Assembly (NCBI GenBank): GCA_045046875.1
Contig: JASFYY010000133.1
Location: 34,996 to 98,995, forward strand
Direction of reading: 5' to 3'
DNA: 64,000 nt
Source: Verrucomicrobiota bacterium
GTDB taxonomy: Bacteria; Verrucomicrobiota; Verrucomicrobiia; Verrucomicrobiales; DEV007
A program made the position numbers and the translations under genes. The notes below the pieces were generated by a model. That model had not been told where the DNA came from and searched no databases. It saw nothing but the letters and a program-made list of their open reading frames with translations. Below are positions 18,281 through 26,756 of this stretch, piece after piece; position 1 is the stretch's first letter; every line of letters starts with the position of its first letter.

Positions 18281-19831
18281 ATGAAAATCCCCAGTGTTCT
18301 AGTTTTCGCAACTGTGATTTTATCGATTTGTTCGATCGGTGCTCAGGATGGAATTGAGATGCCCGGTCTCTACAAAGGCCCGCCAAGCATGTTGGGTATG
18401 GCTGAGGGAGGGATGAAGGCTTCCGTGTCTCCGTATTTTTTGGTCAAGGATGTAGATGTGATTGGTTTCGAGGTTGATTGGGGGGATGGGGCAAAGGAAT
18501 TGGTCGCAATGAGCGCCTTGCCGCGTATTCATGAATACAAGACGAGCGGGCGGAAGGAGGTCAATGTAAAAACAAAACACAAAGACGGAACTTTGTCGGA
18601 AGTCCAGTCAGGAGCGGTGACCGCGAATGCTAATGGAGAGGCTTTGGCAACATACGCTCCCGCTTTTCCGGGAGCTGCTGGTTTTGGTAGCGAGACCCGA
18701 GGAGGGAGAGGGGGCAAACTTTATGAAGTGACTTCGTTATCAGGCGGCAGCGAGAAGGGAACCATTCGTCATGCTCTGGCTGCGCAAGGTGCGCGGAAGG
18801 TGGTTTTCAAAGTAAGTGGGGTGATTGAATTGGGTGGCAAGGTTTTGGAGGTTACGAATCCATATGTCACGATCGACGGTTCATCTGCTCCGGGGCTGGG
18901 AGTGGTGCTGAAAGATGCTCCGCTGGTGATCTCGACTCATGATGTGATTGTTCGGCATTTGAAAATGCGGCCGGGAGATGGTCCTAACGGAGTTCTTGGA
19001 CAGTATCGGAATGCGCTGCAGATCATTGGCCATGATGATGGCAAGGAGGTGAATGATCTCAGCAAGGATCCCTATAATATCATTGTCGATCATTGCAGTA
19101 TGTCGTGGTCAACCGATCAGGTGGCTTCGACCTGGTATGGAGCCAGTCATGTGACATTCTCGTGGAATATATTCAGTGAGGCACTTCATGACAGTATTCA
19201 TAATGAGGGGCCTCACTCCACCTCTTTTATGTATGGTCCGGGCAGCATGAACATGTCTTTTCATCACAATATCATTGCTCACGGTGGATCAAGAAATCCT
19301 CTGGTTTATATCAACTGCTCGGCTGAGGTGATTTCGAATGTGATCTACAACTGGAAATATGTTGGGACCAATTTGGGAGGGATTAGGAAATCAAAAGGCA
19401 TTACCAGAGTGAATTTGATTGGCAATTATTATCTGCCGGGGGTGGATACCGATCCTGAGAGGCTGAAGAAGGCGTTTAACGTGAATACCGGATGGAAGAA
19501 TGAGAGGGTATATGTGCATGATAATTCCGGCCTGATAAACGGGGCTATTAAAACCGATTTGGATTTAGGTCGGTTTGAGATTGATACTGGGAAGTTGGAA
19601 AACACACCGGCTTTGCCTTCGACGAATGTGGAGATCAACAAGTCATCTGAGATTTTAAAAATACTCACAGCTAAGAAGGGGGCGGGGGCTCAATCAAAGC
19701 TGGTCGATCCGGTTGATGCTCGGATTAAGCGGGAGGTGCAGAGTGGGACGGGAAAGATCATTGACTCGCAGAAACAGCGGGAAGGTTATGCGCCTTATCG
19801 GAAATCGGCTGCTTGGATTTTTTCTCGGTAA
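18281..19831 (+). CDS. Secreted pectate lyase (PL1-like) with N-terminal PKD-like domain
   Basis: Signal peptide; VDWGDG..HEYKTSG (PKD-like); AFPGAAGFGSETRGGRGG, IIVDHCSMSWSTD, SRNP. Confidence 0.87.
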   Translation: MKIPSVLVFATVILSICSIGAQDGIEMPGLYKGPPSMLGMAEGGMKASVSPYFLVKDVDVIGFEVDWGDGAKELVAMSALPRIHEYKTSGRKEVNVKTKHKDGTLSEVQSGAVTANANGEALATYAPAFPGAAGFGSETRGGRGGKLYEVTSLSGGSEKGTIRHALAAQGARKVVFKVSGVIELGGKVLEVTNPYVTIDGSSAPGLGVVLKDAPLVISTHDVIVRHLKMRPGDGPNGVLGQYRNALQIIGHDDGKEVNDLSKDPYNIIVDHCSMSWSTDQVASTWYGASHVTFSWNIFSEALHDSIHNEGPHSTSFMYGPGSMNMSFHHNIIAHGGSRNPLVYINCSAEVISNVIYNWKYVGTNLGGIRKSKGITRVNLIGNYYLPGVDTDPERLKKAFNVNTGWKNERVYVHDNSGLINGAIKTDLDLGRFEIDTGKLENTPALPSTNVEINKSSEILKILTAKKGAGAQSKLVDPVDARIKREVQSGTGKIIDSQKQREGYAPYRKSAAWIFSR

Positions 19832-19856
19832 TAAAAAGCTTATTTCCGATTTAGTT

Positions 19857-22800
19857 CTATTTAGGAAACGAGCAATCGAGAAGGAATGATGCTATCTTGT
19901 TTCCTGATTGTTGCGTCGCCTTGTCACAATATTTCCGTAATTCCGAACGAGCTCCTTTGGGAAGTTTGCTTTTCAAGAATTGGGGTTTTTCCCAGCGACC
20001 TTTGCTTTTAAACCATCCAACAAGATAAATCCCGTGGCTCCATTCTGGCTCACTGTTCAGATATCTTTCAATCAGCTGTTCTTTGATTGATTCTAAAATA
20101 TTTGATTTTGTTATTCTGTTGTCGTGTGCGCGTTTGATCTCGATTATGACAGTGATAAGGTTCTCCCCTGAGCTGTCGTGCGGCAATGCTTCTACTTTCA
20201 AATCAACCCTTTGATTGAGGCGATTGACTACGACTTCTCGATTTACCGTTATTCCTTTAAGATCTCTACTCAGCCATTGTTCAATTTCGTGTGATAGTAT
20301 TTCTTCGCGTTTTGGTGAGTCTCCATCCCACACTCTGGAAATATTTTGTCGTTGTAGATTTTCTTGAAAATGTTCAAGGGAATACAGAATCACAGCTTGT
20401 AGATCGTCGCCGTTTCTCACTAGTGAAGCATGGGAGTGTTGGACAAGTTTCAATAGATCCTTGCAAGCGATAGGGGACCATTCGAGACGGTTTTTGTTCT
20501 GAGTTGCTTCGTGCAGTTGCCAACGAATACCACCTTCCTGGTCAGGAGTCAGATGGTTTAGAATTCGACCGAGTTGTTCAGTGTCTCCCCGGCGGGTAAG
20601 TTCACGGGTGCAATCTCCTCGTAGGCTAATGCATTCATCTTCAGGAGTGACGAATGTTGCTTCACGGCTCAGTGGTGGGTCGTCTGAAGGTGGAAAAAGA
20701 TGAATAAGTAATAAATACAAATCGGCAATCTGGTCGGAATCGAGTGAAGATAGAAAAGTAAAGCTTCGTAGGTCGAAATCGGAAACGTTTTCTAGAAATA
20801 GCTTTCGGGTAGACTCTAGATCTGACGCAATCAATGGCCAGATTTGCGTCCACATCTCACTATGTAAAATCAGCAAAGCTGTGCCAGCAAATGCGCGATC
20901 CGATGGAGACTTGAGATTTGTGCATGAGTTTTGAAGTCGCTGCAGAAACGCTTGCGCGAAATCGATAGCCGCTGATCGATCATTTTTGATCAAAAACATG
21001 AGCCCGTCACGCATGGATTGAGGCTTGATGGAAGGTGAGCTTAGAATTTCCGCCAGCAACTCACTGAACGCGCGATCCCATATTTGATTAAAAGCGTGAA
21101 AGTCACTAAACCATCCTTCACTTTCATCGTTAAGGCGTCTTTCGAGCATTGTCTTTAACCATTTACGGCATTCGCTTGGGTTTAATTCGAAAGCGAGTTT
21201 GACCATCTCCTTGTGCTCGTCCTCCGCATTGCTGGAATAATCAATGAGAGCGGCGATCCATTTCTCCCTCACAGCTGCATTTAATTTTTCATCGTCATTC
21301 AATTCATCTCGTAGCCATCTTACAGCGTGATAAGCAGCATTCGAGCCGTTGGTTCTTTGTTCCTCCTTATTTCGCTTATCATTGAATTCTAATAGGAATT
21401 TTTTGGCGGTAGTTCGAAGCAAGGATTTATCTTTAATTGAAAGATTTGCAAAGAGAGGGGCAGAATCGATGTCAAGAGAGGTGAAGTTTAAAGAATCTGC
21501 TTTGGCTAGTAGCGGGGGAATCACATTGACCCATCCGTAGGCGTGACCGCCTCGGCATTGTTCCAGGCCTTCCTCAAACATGTTTTGCCAGGTCGGATTC
21601 TTATTGGAGCGCGCTTTTTGTCTTCGAGCAGATTGTTCACGTCGCCGAGTCAGATGCAGTTCTCCGGCTCGTTCGAAACGCAACATAGTATCGTGGAGGT
21701 CGAGTCCGGCTTTGGTAATCGGGGGAAAGCGATCTCTGATTTCCGGGTATTGTTTATAGCTTTGTTGCAATAATGCGCGGTATTTTTCCCGCGATTCAGA
21801 CCCAGTGTGGAAACGGATGGCCATTGCCCATATCTTACGGCGACTTTCCAGAGCGCTTGAAAGCTGTTCCAATAGCCATCCAAGATCCATCTGAGACAAA
21901 TAGCCGAGAAGTAAAACAACATCTTCAACCTTGGTGTCTGGATGGTTGAGCGCTGTCGAGACGAAAGTATTCACTTGGGCGGAATCAGAGAACACGGAAG
22001 CGATTTCAGATTGATCTGCGACTTTGGGTAAGGGCTGAAATTTCCGGGCCTTGGCGAGCCACATTTCTACCAAGGGGATGGCAATTTCTGGCTGATCAAG
22101 GTTGTCGCAAGCCATTTCAAATACTCGGTCTGCGAATTTCTGAAATGGTGAAAGGGAATCGAAGCAAGCTCGTAAACTACTGAGGAATTCGATTGAATCA
22201 GGTAAATCTTCCGGAAGCAGGTAGCCAGGTAACTGGCGGTAGAGAAATGCCTGATAGGAACCAAAGAAGGATTCTTCCTTGGGGTAGGTGAGGTATGGAA
22301 TTGTCTCACGGACTGAAATGCACGTGGGAACAAGCAGCCGAAGAGCAATTCCCTTCAGAGTATCATCAGTATCGGATACAAGTTCACCTGCGGCTAGTTG
22401 GAGCAATTTTTTTTTCCAAGGTTGCGGATTTTTTTCTATGACACTTAACGCGTAACCGGCATCTCGTCTCATTTCGTCGTGCGGACGTTCCAAAATTTCC
22501 CATAAGGCAGAATCCAAATCAGATAGCTGACATTTTCGGGCGAACTCCAGGGAGAATTGTCTCACCCAGTGATTCCTCGATGAGTCGAGGATGACAGGTC
22601 GCAAAATATCGGAAAGACCTGGGAATGTAATTGTGTGACTTAGGGATGAAATAGATCGGCTGGGCCCGGGGTCCTGGGTTTCCGCTATATCAATCAGACG
22701 TCGAACAAGAGATTCTTTTTGCCCGACTGAGTAAAGGCTCAGATCTGCTTGTAAAAGTGTCTCCGGGTGGTGTTGGAGTAACAACTCGAAAAATAATTCA

Positions 22801-24041
22801 TTGTCAGGGGCGCTGGCAAGCCAGGAGGCGACTTGGATCATTTGCGGGGCCACCATCTCCTTTCCGTCGTCAGTGGGAAGGCAAAGAAGATGTAGGAGTT
22901 CGGTGGAGGGCAAGCTTTCAACATACTCAGCTGCCAATAATTCAGCAAAAGTGTGGTGAGCGAATTTGACGGCAGGGGCAGGAGCTTCAAGACTGGTTCC
23001 AAATGGCTCGAAAAGATTGCTCTGAGCCAATGACTCAATTTCAAATTGGCTAATATCAAAAGTTTTCCCAATATCAAGTATTTCTGCTGACCGCTTCCCG
23101 AGAACATCCGAGTAAGTAAGATGCGCCGGATCAGAAGATCGATCTGATAATACGAGGGCGCTTTTCCCACTGAACATAAACATTGCTGCTATTCGACGTG
23201 CCAGCTGGATTTTTTCTTTCTTACTGGCATTCCCTAGTAAAGATTGGGTTCGTCTTTTTCGCTTGGAGTCCCATTCGTCGATCAACCGTTTGATGGAGTT
23301 TTTGTAAAACTCCCGACGAGTGCCTGCCAAACTCCCTGATTTTTCAAACTGTTCCAAGAGCATATTCAATGTCATCGGCCATCTTGCCAATGGGATTGCA
23401 TCGTTCTTAACAATTTCGTCAAAAAAAGTATCGGCATCCGAATCAGCCGCCAATTTGACATCGTGTCGTCGCAAAGGACAAAGTTCAAAAACGATCTGCT
23501 TCCCTTCGCTGCCCCATAGACGCGCGAGAGTATTCCCTGTCTCGGGTTCCCATGCTGCCGAGCGACATGACAAAACCAAGCGAAGTGTCTCGAGTTGTTG
23601 GTATTTCAACAGTCCTATTAGACTATTGAGTAGAGTTTTCTCACGTAGTAGAGCCTCATCAAGAGCGTCGATTATGAGGATGATTTCCTTCCCTGATTCC
23701 TGGCTTTTTTTCCAGAGCGGGAGGCGAGTAGTCAGATCGGCTAAATTTGATCCCGTGCCGAATTGGCTCGCATGGTAGAAGAGCAGTGTTTGATTTGGCG
23801 TGATGTTTGTTTCTATCTTCTGCCGGAGCCTTTCGAGTTCAGATGTTTTGCCGCTTCCTGGAGGGCCGCATAGAACGAGCACCTGAGACCTGTTAAACAG
23901 ATCTTCGATAACTTGACAGTCTTGGTTGTGAAGTTGTAGTCCATCGGTGTTCGGGTCGACGAAAAAGCCTTCACCGTCTTCTCCGCAGAAGATGGCTGAA
24001 TTTTGTGAATGCCAGTATCTGGGCCAGTCGAACTTTTCCAT
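19857..24041 (-). CDS. STAND/NACHT-like NTPase with helical repeat region and C-terminal PD-(D/E)XK nuclease-like domain
   Basis: 1394 aa; Walker A GPPGSGKT, Walker B ILIIDALDE, LVLSCR sensor-1, WPMTL, FAHHTFAELLAA winged-helix motif; C-terminal NREV..RVDLKV..VIIEIKR..QLIERYL..GIYLVGWF. Confidence 0.85.
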   Translation of the reverse strand: MEKFDWPRYWHSQNSAIFCGEDGEGFFVDPNTDGLQLHNQDCQVIEDLFNRSQVLVLCGPPGSGKTSELERLRQKIETNITPNQTLLFYHASQFGTGSNLADLTTRLPLWKKSQESGKEIILIIDALDEALLREKTLLNSLIGLLKYQQLETLRLVLSCRSAAWEPETGNTLARLWGSEGKQIVFELCPLRRHDVKLAADSDADTFFDEIVKNDAIPLARWPMTLNMLLEQFEKSGSLAGTRREFYKNSIKRLIDEWDSKRKRRTQSLLGNASKKEKIQLARRIAAMFMFSGKSALVLSDRSSDPAHLTYSDVLGKRSAEILDIGKTFDISQFEIESLAQSNLFEPFGTSLEAPAPAVKFAHHTFAELLAAEYVESLPSTELLHLLCLPTDDGKEMVAPQMIQVASWLASAPDNELFFELLLQHHPETLLQADLSLYSVGQKESLVRRLIDIAETQDPGPSRSISSLSHTITFPGLSDILRPVILDSSRNHWVRQFSLEFARKCQLSDLDSALWEILERPHDEMRRDAGYALSVIEKNPQPWKKKLLQLAAGELVSDTDDTLKGIALRLLVPTCISVRETIPYLTYPKEESFFGSYQAFLYRQLPGYLLPEDLPDSIEFLSSLRACFDSLSPFQKFADRVFEMACDNLDQPEIAIPLVEMWLAKARKFQPLPKVADQSEIASVFSDSAQVNTFVSTALNHPDTKVEDVVLLLGYLSQMDLGWLLEQLSSALESRRKIWAMAIRFHTGSESREKYRALLQQSYKQYPEIRDRFPPITKAGLDLHDTMLRFERAGELHLTRRREQSARRQKARSNKNPTWQNMFEEGLEQCRGGHAYGWVNVIPPLLAKADSLNFTSLDIDSAPLFANLSIKDKSLLRTTAKKFLLEFNDKRNKEEQRTNGSNAAYHAVRWLRDELNDDEKLNAAVREKWIAALIDYSSNAEDEHKEMVKLAFELNPSECRKWLKTMLERRLNDESEGWFSDFHAFNQIWDRAFSELLAEILSSPSIKPQSMRDGLMFLIKNDRSAAIDFAQAFLQRLQNSCTNLKSPSDRAFAGTALLILHSEMWTQIWPLIASDLESTRKLFLENVSDFDLRSFTFLSSLDSDQIADLYLLLIHLFPPSDDPPLSREATFVTPEDECISLRGDCTRELTRRGDTEQLGRILNHLTPDQEGGIRWQLHEATQNKNRLEWSPIACKDLLKLVQHSHASLVRNGDDLQAVILYSLEHFQENLQRQNISRVWDGDSPKREEILSHEIEQWLSRDLKGITVNREVVVNRLNQRVDLKVEALPHDSSGENLITVIIEIKRAHDNRITKSNILESIKEQLIERYLNSEPEWSHGIYLVGWFKSKGRWEKPQFLKSKLPKGARSELRKYCDKATQQSGNKIASFLLDCSFPK

Positions 24042-24114
24042 CTTTTTCTAAAATACTCCAATAGAGCTAATTTTTCAAGTTGCTCTATTCGCGAATTGCG
24101 AATACAATAGGTTT
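24042..24114. promoter_or_regulatory. Back-to-back sigma70-like promoters overlaid by two inverted repeats
   Basis: Plus: TTGCTC 24080-85, 17 bp, TACAAT 24103-08, ATG 24115. Minus: TTGAAA 24078-73, 17 bp, TATTTT 24055-50, ATG 24041. IRs AATAGAGC-N14-GCTCTATT (24060-24089) and TATTCGC-N5-GCGAATA (24086-24104). Confidence 0.7.
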
Positions 24115-24684
24115 ATGCTGAAGCCACAAGACATTTTGGTGGTATTAAAACTGATTGTTCAGAACCGTAGTGCAGAGCGGCTTTCCTTTGCGGGTCTTGC
24201 AGAATCGCTGGGAATAAGCGCGTCTGAAACACATGCTGCGGTTAAGCGGGCAATGAAGTGTCATTTGCTCCAGCATTCCACGCATCTTCGAAATCACTCT
24301 AATTTTCCTGCACCGGTGGCCAGTCAATTGATTCGCTTCATTCAGGGAGGGGTGGCCTACGTGTTTCCTGCAGAAAAAGGAGGATTGGCATACGGTCTGC
24401 CCACAAGCATTGGTAGCCATCCTTTGAATGAACAATTCGTTATAGCAACTGATGAATTGCTACCCGTGTGGCCAGATCGAGAAAGCGGTATCAAGGGGTT
24501 GATATTGAAGCCTCTTTACAAGAGTTGCCCGACAGCTGCTCGGAACGATTCCAAATTATATGAACTACTGAGTCTGGTCGATGCCATTCGAGACGATGAA
24601 GTGCGTTTGCGTCAAGTCGCGACTGCTGAATTTGAGAAAACTATTCGGCAACTGGAAAGAAATCCCCCACTGGCAATCTCATGA
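24115..24684 (+). CDS. wHTH protein, putative AbiEi-like antitoxin/regulator
   Basis: KPQDILVVLKL, LAESLGISASETHAAVKR (HTH), YVFPA, GLPT, PVWP, PLY, LYELLSLVDAIR; ATGA-coupled to the next gene. Confidence 0.7.
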   Translation: MLKPQDILVVLKLIVQNRSAERLSFAGLAESLGISASETHAAVKRAMKCHLLQHSTHLRNHSNFPAPVASQLIRFIQGGVAYVFPAEKGGLAYGLPTSIGSHPLNEQFVIATDELLPVWPDRESGIKGLILKPLYKSCPTAARNDSKLYELLSLVDAIRDDEVRLRQVATAEFEKTIRQLERNPPLAIS

Positions 24685-25373
24685 GCACGACTAAAGAGGC
24701 GGTCATAGAAATTTTATTGCCAGTAGTGGAGCGCTTAGAGGATGCAGAGATTCCATTTGTGTTGATTGGAGGGATCACTGTGCCGTTTTACTTTTCTGAT
24801 TTAAGCATCGATCATTTTCGACCGACAAAAGATGTCGATGTGATTGTAGCCGCTACTCAGTTTCTGAGATTTGAACAGGTGGAAGAAAAGCTCAGGCGTG
24901 TTGGTTTTCGGAATCACCCGGAAGTTATTCACAGGTGGCTTCTTGGTGCAACTTTAGTCGATATTATGCCTGCGTCTTCGGATTTGATGGACACAATAAA
25001 CCGATGGTATCCGATTACTTTTGCAACTGCCGAACCATTTGAACTCTCGCCGGCGCAAGCGGCATTGATGGCGAGCCCCGCCTGTTTTCTGGCAACCAAA
25101 ATGGAAGCGTTTGCCAACCGAGGTGGGGGTGACTTTCTAGGCAGTCATGACTTGGAAGATATTGTCTCCGTGATAGATGGACGGCCTGCGATTGTAGAGG
25201 AAGTCGAAAGCCGATGTCCATTTGAGGTTCGGGAGTTTATTCGAGATACGACAAAGAGATTCTTGAGTAATCACGATTTCATGGATGCGTTGGAAGGTCA
25301 TCTCCCTCAGGAACACCGGGAGCCGAAACGTTTGCAAGCTCTGATCGAGAGAATGCAGAGGCTGTCTTCGTAG
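24681..25373 (+). CDS. Nucleotidyltransferase (Pol-beta fold), AbiEii-like putative toxin
   Basis: FVLIGGITV, RPTKDVDV, VDIMP, FLATKMEAFANRG, SHDLEDI. Confidence 0.8.
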   Translation: MSTTKEAVIEILLPVVERLEDAEIPFVLIGGITVPFYFSDLSIDHFRPTKDVDVIVAATQFLRFEQVEEKLRRVGFRNHPEVIHRWLLGATLVDIMPASSDLMDTINRWYPITFATAEPFELSPAQAALMASPACFLATKMEAFANRGGGDFLGSHDLEDIVSVIDGRPAIVEEVESRCPFEVREFIRDTTKRFLSNHDFMDALEGHLPQEHREPKRLQALIERMQRLSS

Positions 25374-25383
25374 ACCAATAATG

Positions 25384-25405
25384 ACAGGTTAAAAACCTGC
25401 CCTAC
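25384..25405. repeat. Single REP-like palindrome
   Basis: ACAGGTT-AAA-AACCTG hairpin followed by CCCTAC (GTAG on the minus strand). Confidence 0.45.
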
Positions 25406-25477
25406 ATTGAGCTGGATTTTGGCCTGTTCTTACTTATTGTATTTTTTCAACAACGCACCCTCAAATCAAAACACCCC

Positions 25478-26113
25478 ATGAAAAAAATAAAATTAATCAC
25501 CACGGCTTTTTGCACTGTTCTTGGCTTTAGTCTGATCGGCTATTCGTTGGCCGCTGACAAAGGCGATTCCAAATTAGCTTGGAAATCTGTGTTCGATGGT
25601 AAATCCCTTGCGGGTTGGCATCAGGTTGGGGACGGGGACTGGGTGATTGAAGAAGGAGCGATTACTGGGAAAACGCAGAGCGCTGCCAAGCTTTATGGCT
25701 TGCTGGTTTCTGATAAAAAATACAAAAACCTGCGGGTGAAGTTTACTTTTAAATCGCTTGAAGGGAACAGCGGTTTTTATGTCCGTGCTCATGTTGAAAA
25801 GCCGGATAAGGCCCATGGCTTACAGGTGGAGGTGGATCCACGCAATAATACCGGAGGCATTTATGAGAGTTACGGTCGTGCCTGGGTGAGTAAGCCTGAT
25901 GAAGCGCTGGTCAAAAAGGCGTTCAAACATGATGAGTGGAACGAGATGGAAATTTTGGCTGATGGCGGGCATATTGTCACCTGGCTCAATGGAGTTCAGA
26001 TTGCTGAATCCAAGAATGATCCTGTGCTTGAGGCGGGGCATCTCATCATGCAAATGCACTCGGGCAACAAGTTGTTGGTGAGGTTTAAGGATATCCAGGT
26101 GGTGGAGTTGTAA
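25478..26113 (+). CDS. DUF1080 (3-keto-glycoside hydrolase/hydratase) family, secreted
   Basis: Signal peptide; VFDGKSLAGW, GNSGFYVR, TGGIY, EWNEMEI, GHLIMQMH, VRFKDI. Confidence 0.9.
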   Translation: MKKIKLITTAFCTVLGFSLIGYSLAADKGDSKLAWKSVFDGKSLAGWHQVGDGDWVIEEGAITGKTQSAAKLYGLLVSDKKYKNLRVKFTFKSLEGNSGFYVRAHVEKPDKAHGLQVEVDPRNNTGGIYESYGRAWVSKPDEALVKKAFKHDEWNEMEILADGGHIVTWLNGVQIAESKNDPVLEAGHLIMQMHSGNKLLVRFKDIQVVEL

Positions 26114-26119
26114 ACGGAG

Positions 26120-26349
26120 CCACGAAAATATTTTTTACTACCACGAAAAACACGAAAGGCACGAAAAAAGAGGGGATGAGTTAAGAGGGGGATGAGTTAA
26201 GAGGGGGGCTTTGTGGGGAAGTATATTTTTTGTCTTGTTGGGAGTTTTTATTTCCTCCTTCTTTTTCATATTCCTTTCGAGATTATTGACTACGTCTGTC
26301 TCCGCTTCGCTCCGGCTGTGTTTTTCGTGGTTAATCAATCTTCGTGGTT
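26120..26349. repeat. 9-bp periodic CACGAAA inverted-repeat pair, 3' of the GxxExxY gene
   Basis: CCACGAAAAACACGAAAGGCACGAAAA (26141-26167) versus GTGTTTTTCGTGGTT (26318-26332); extra copies at 26120 and 26341. Confidence 0.75.
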
Positions 26350-26756
26350 CAGAGGATGAATCTTTGCACAGTGGCTTTGGGCTGGCAGCCGAAATTGACC
26401 AGTAGGCCTAATCGAAGATCTGTGGATTTGAGGTAGTTCAGGATTTGGGCCTGGTGCTCAGGTACGATTTCTTTTACTGCTTTTAATTCCACTATAATTT
26501 TACCGTGGCAGATTAGATCGGGCTGGTATTTTTGTTTGAGCTCGCTTCCTTTGTAGCTCAAGGTTAATTCAGGTTGGGAAACAAATGGAATGTGGCGCTC
26601 TGCCAACTCTCGTTCGAGGCATTCCTGGTAAACTACCTCTAGAAATCCACAGCCCATCTCTCGATAAACTTCGAAGACGGCGCCTTGGATTTGATAACAT
26701 TCATCCTTATACAAAATTTTTTCATTGTTTATGGGTTTTACTACCACGAAAGGCAC
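26349..26756 (-). CDS. GxxExxY protein (PD-(D/E)XK nuclease superfamily)
   Basis: GFLEVVY, PDLIC..IIVELKAV, HQAQILNYLK..LGLLVNFG; start codon ambiguous. Confidence 0.92.
   Translation of the reverse strand: MPFVVVKPINNEKILYKDECYQIQGAVFEVYREMGCGFLEVVYQECLERELAERHIPFVSQPELTLSYKGSELKQKYQPDLICHGKIIVELKAVKEIVPEHQAQILNYLKSTDLRLGLLVNFGCQPKATVQRFIL

Noticed and set aside
26138..26338. 66-aa ORF, and the similar 26826..27011 ORF
   Set aside because: Translations (HEKH/HER, TTKGTKSTK) simply reflect the 9-bp repeats.
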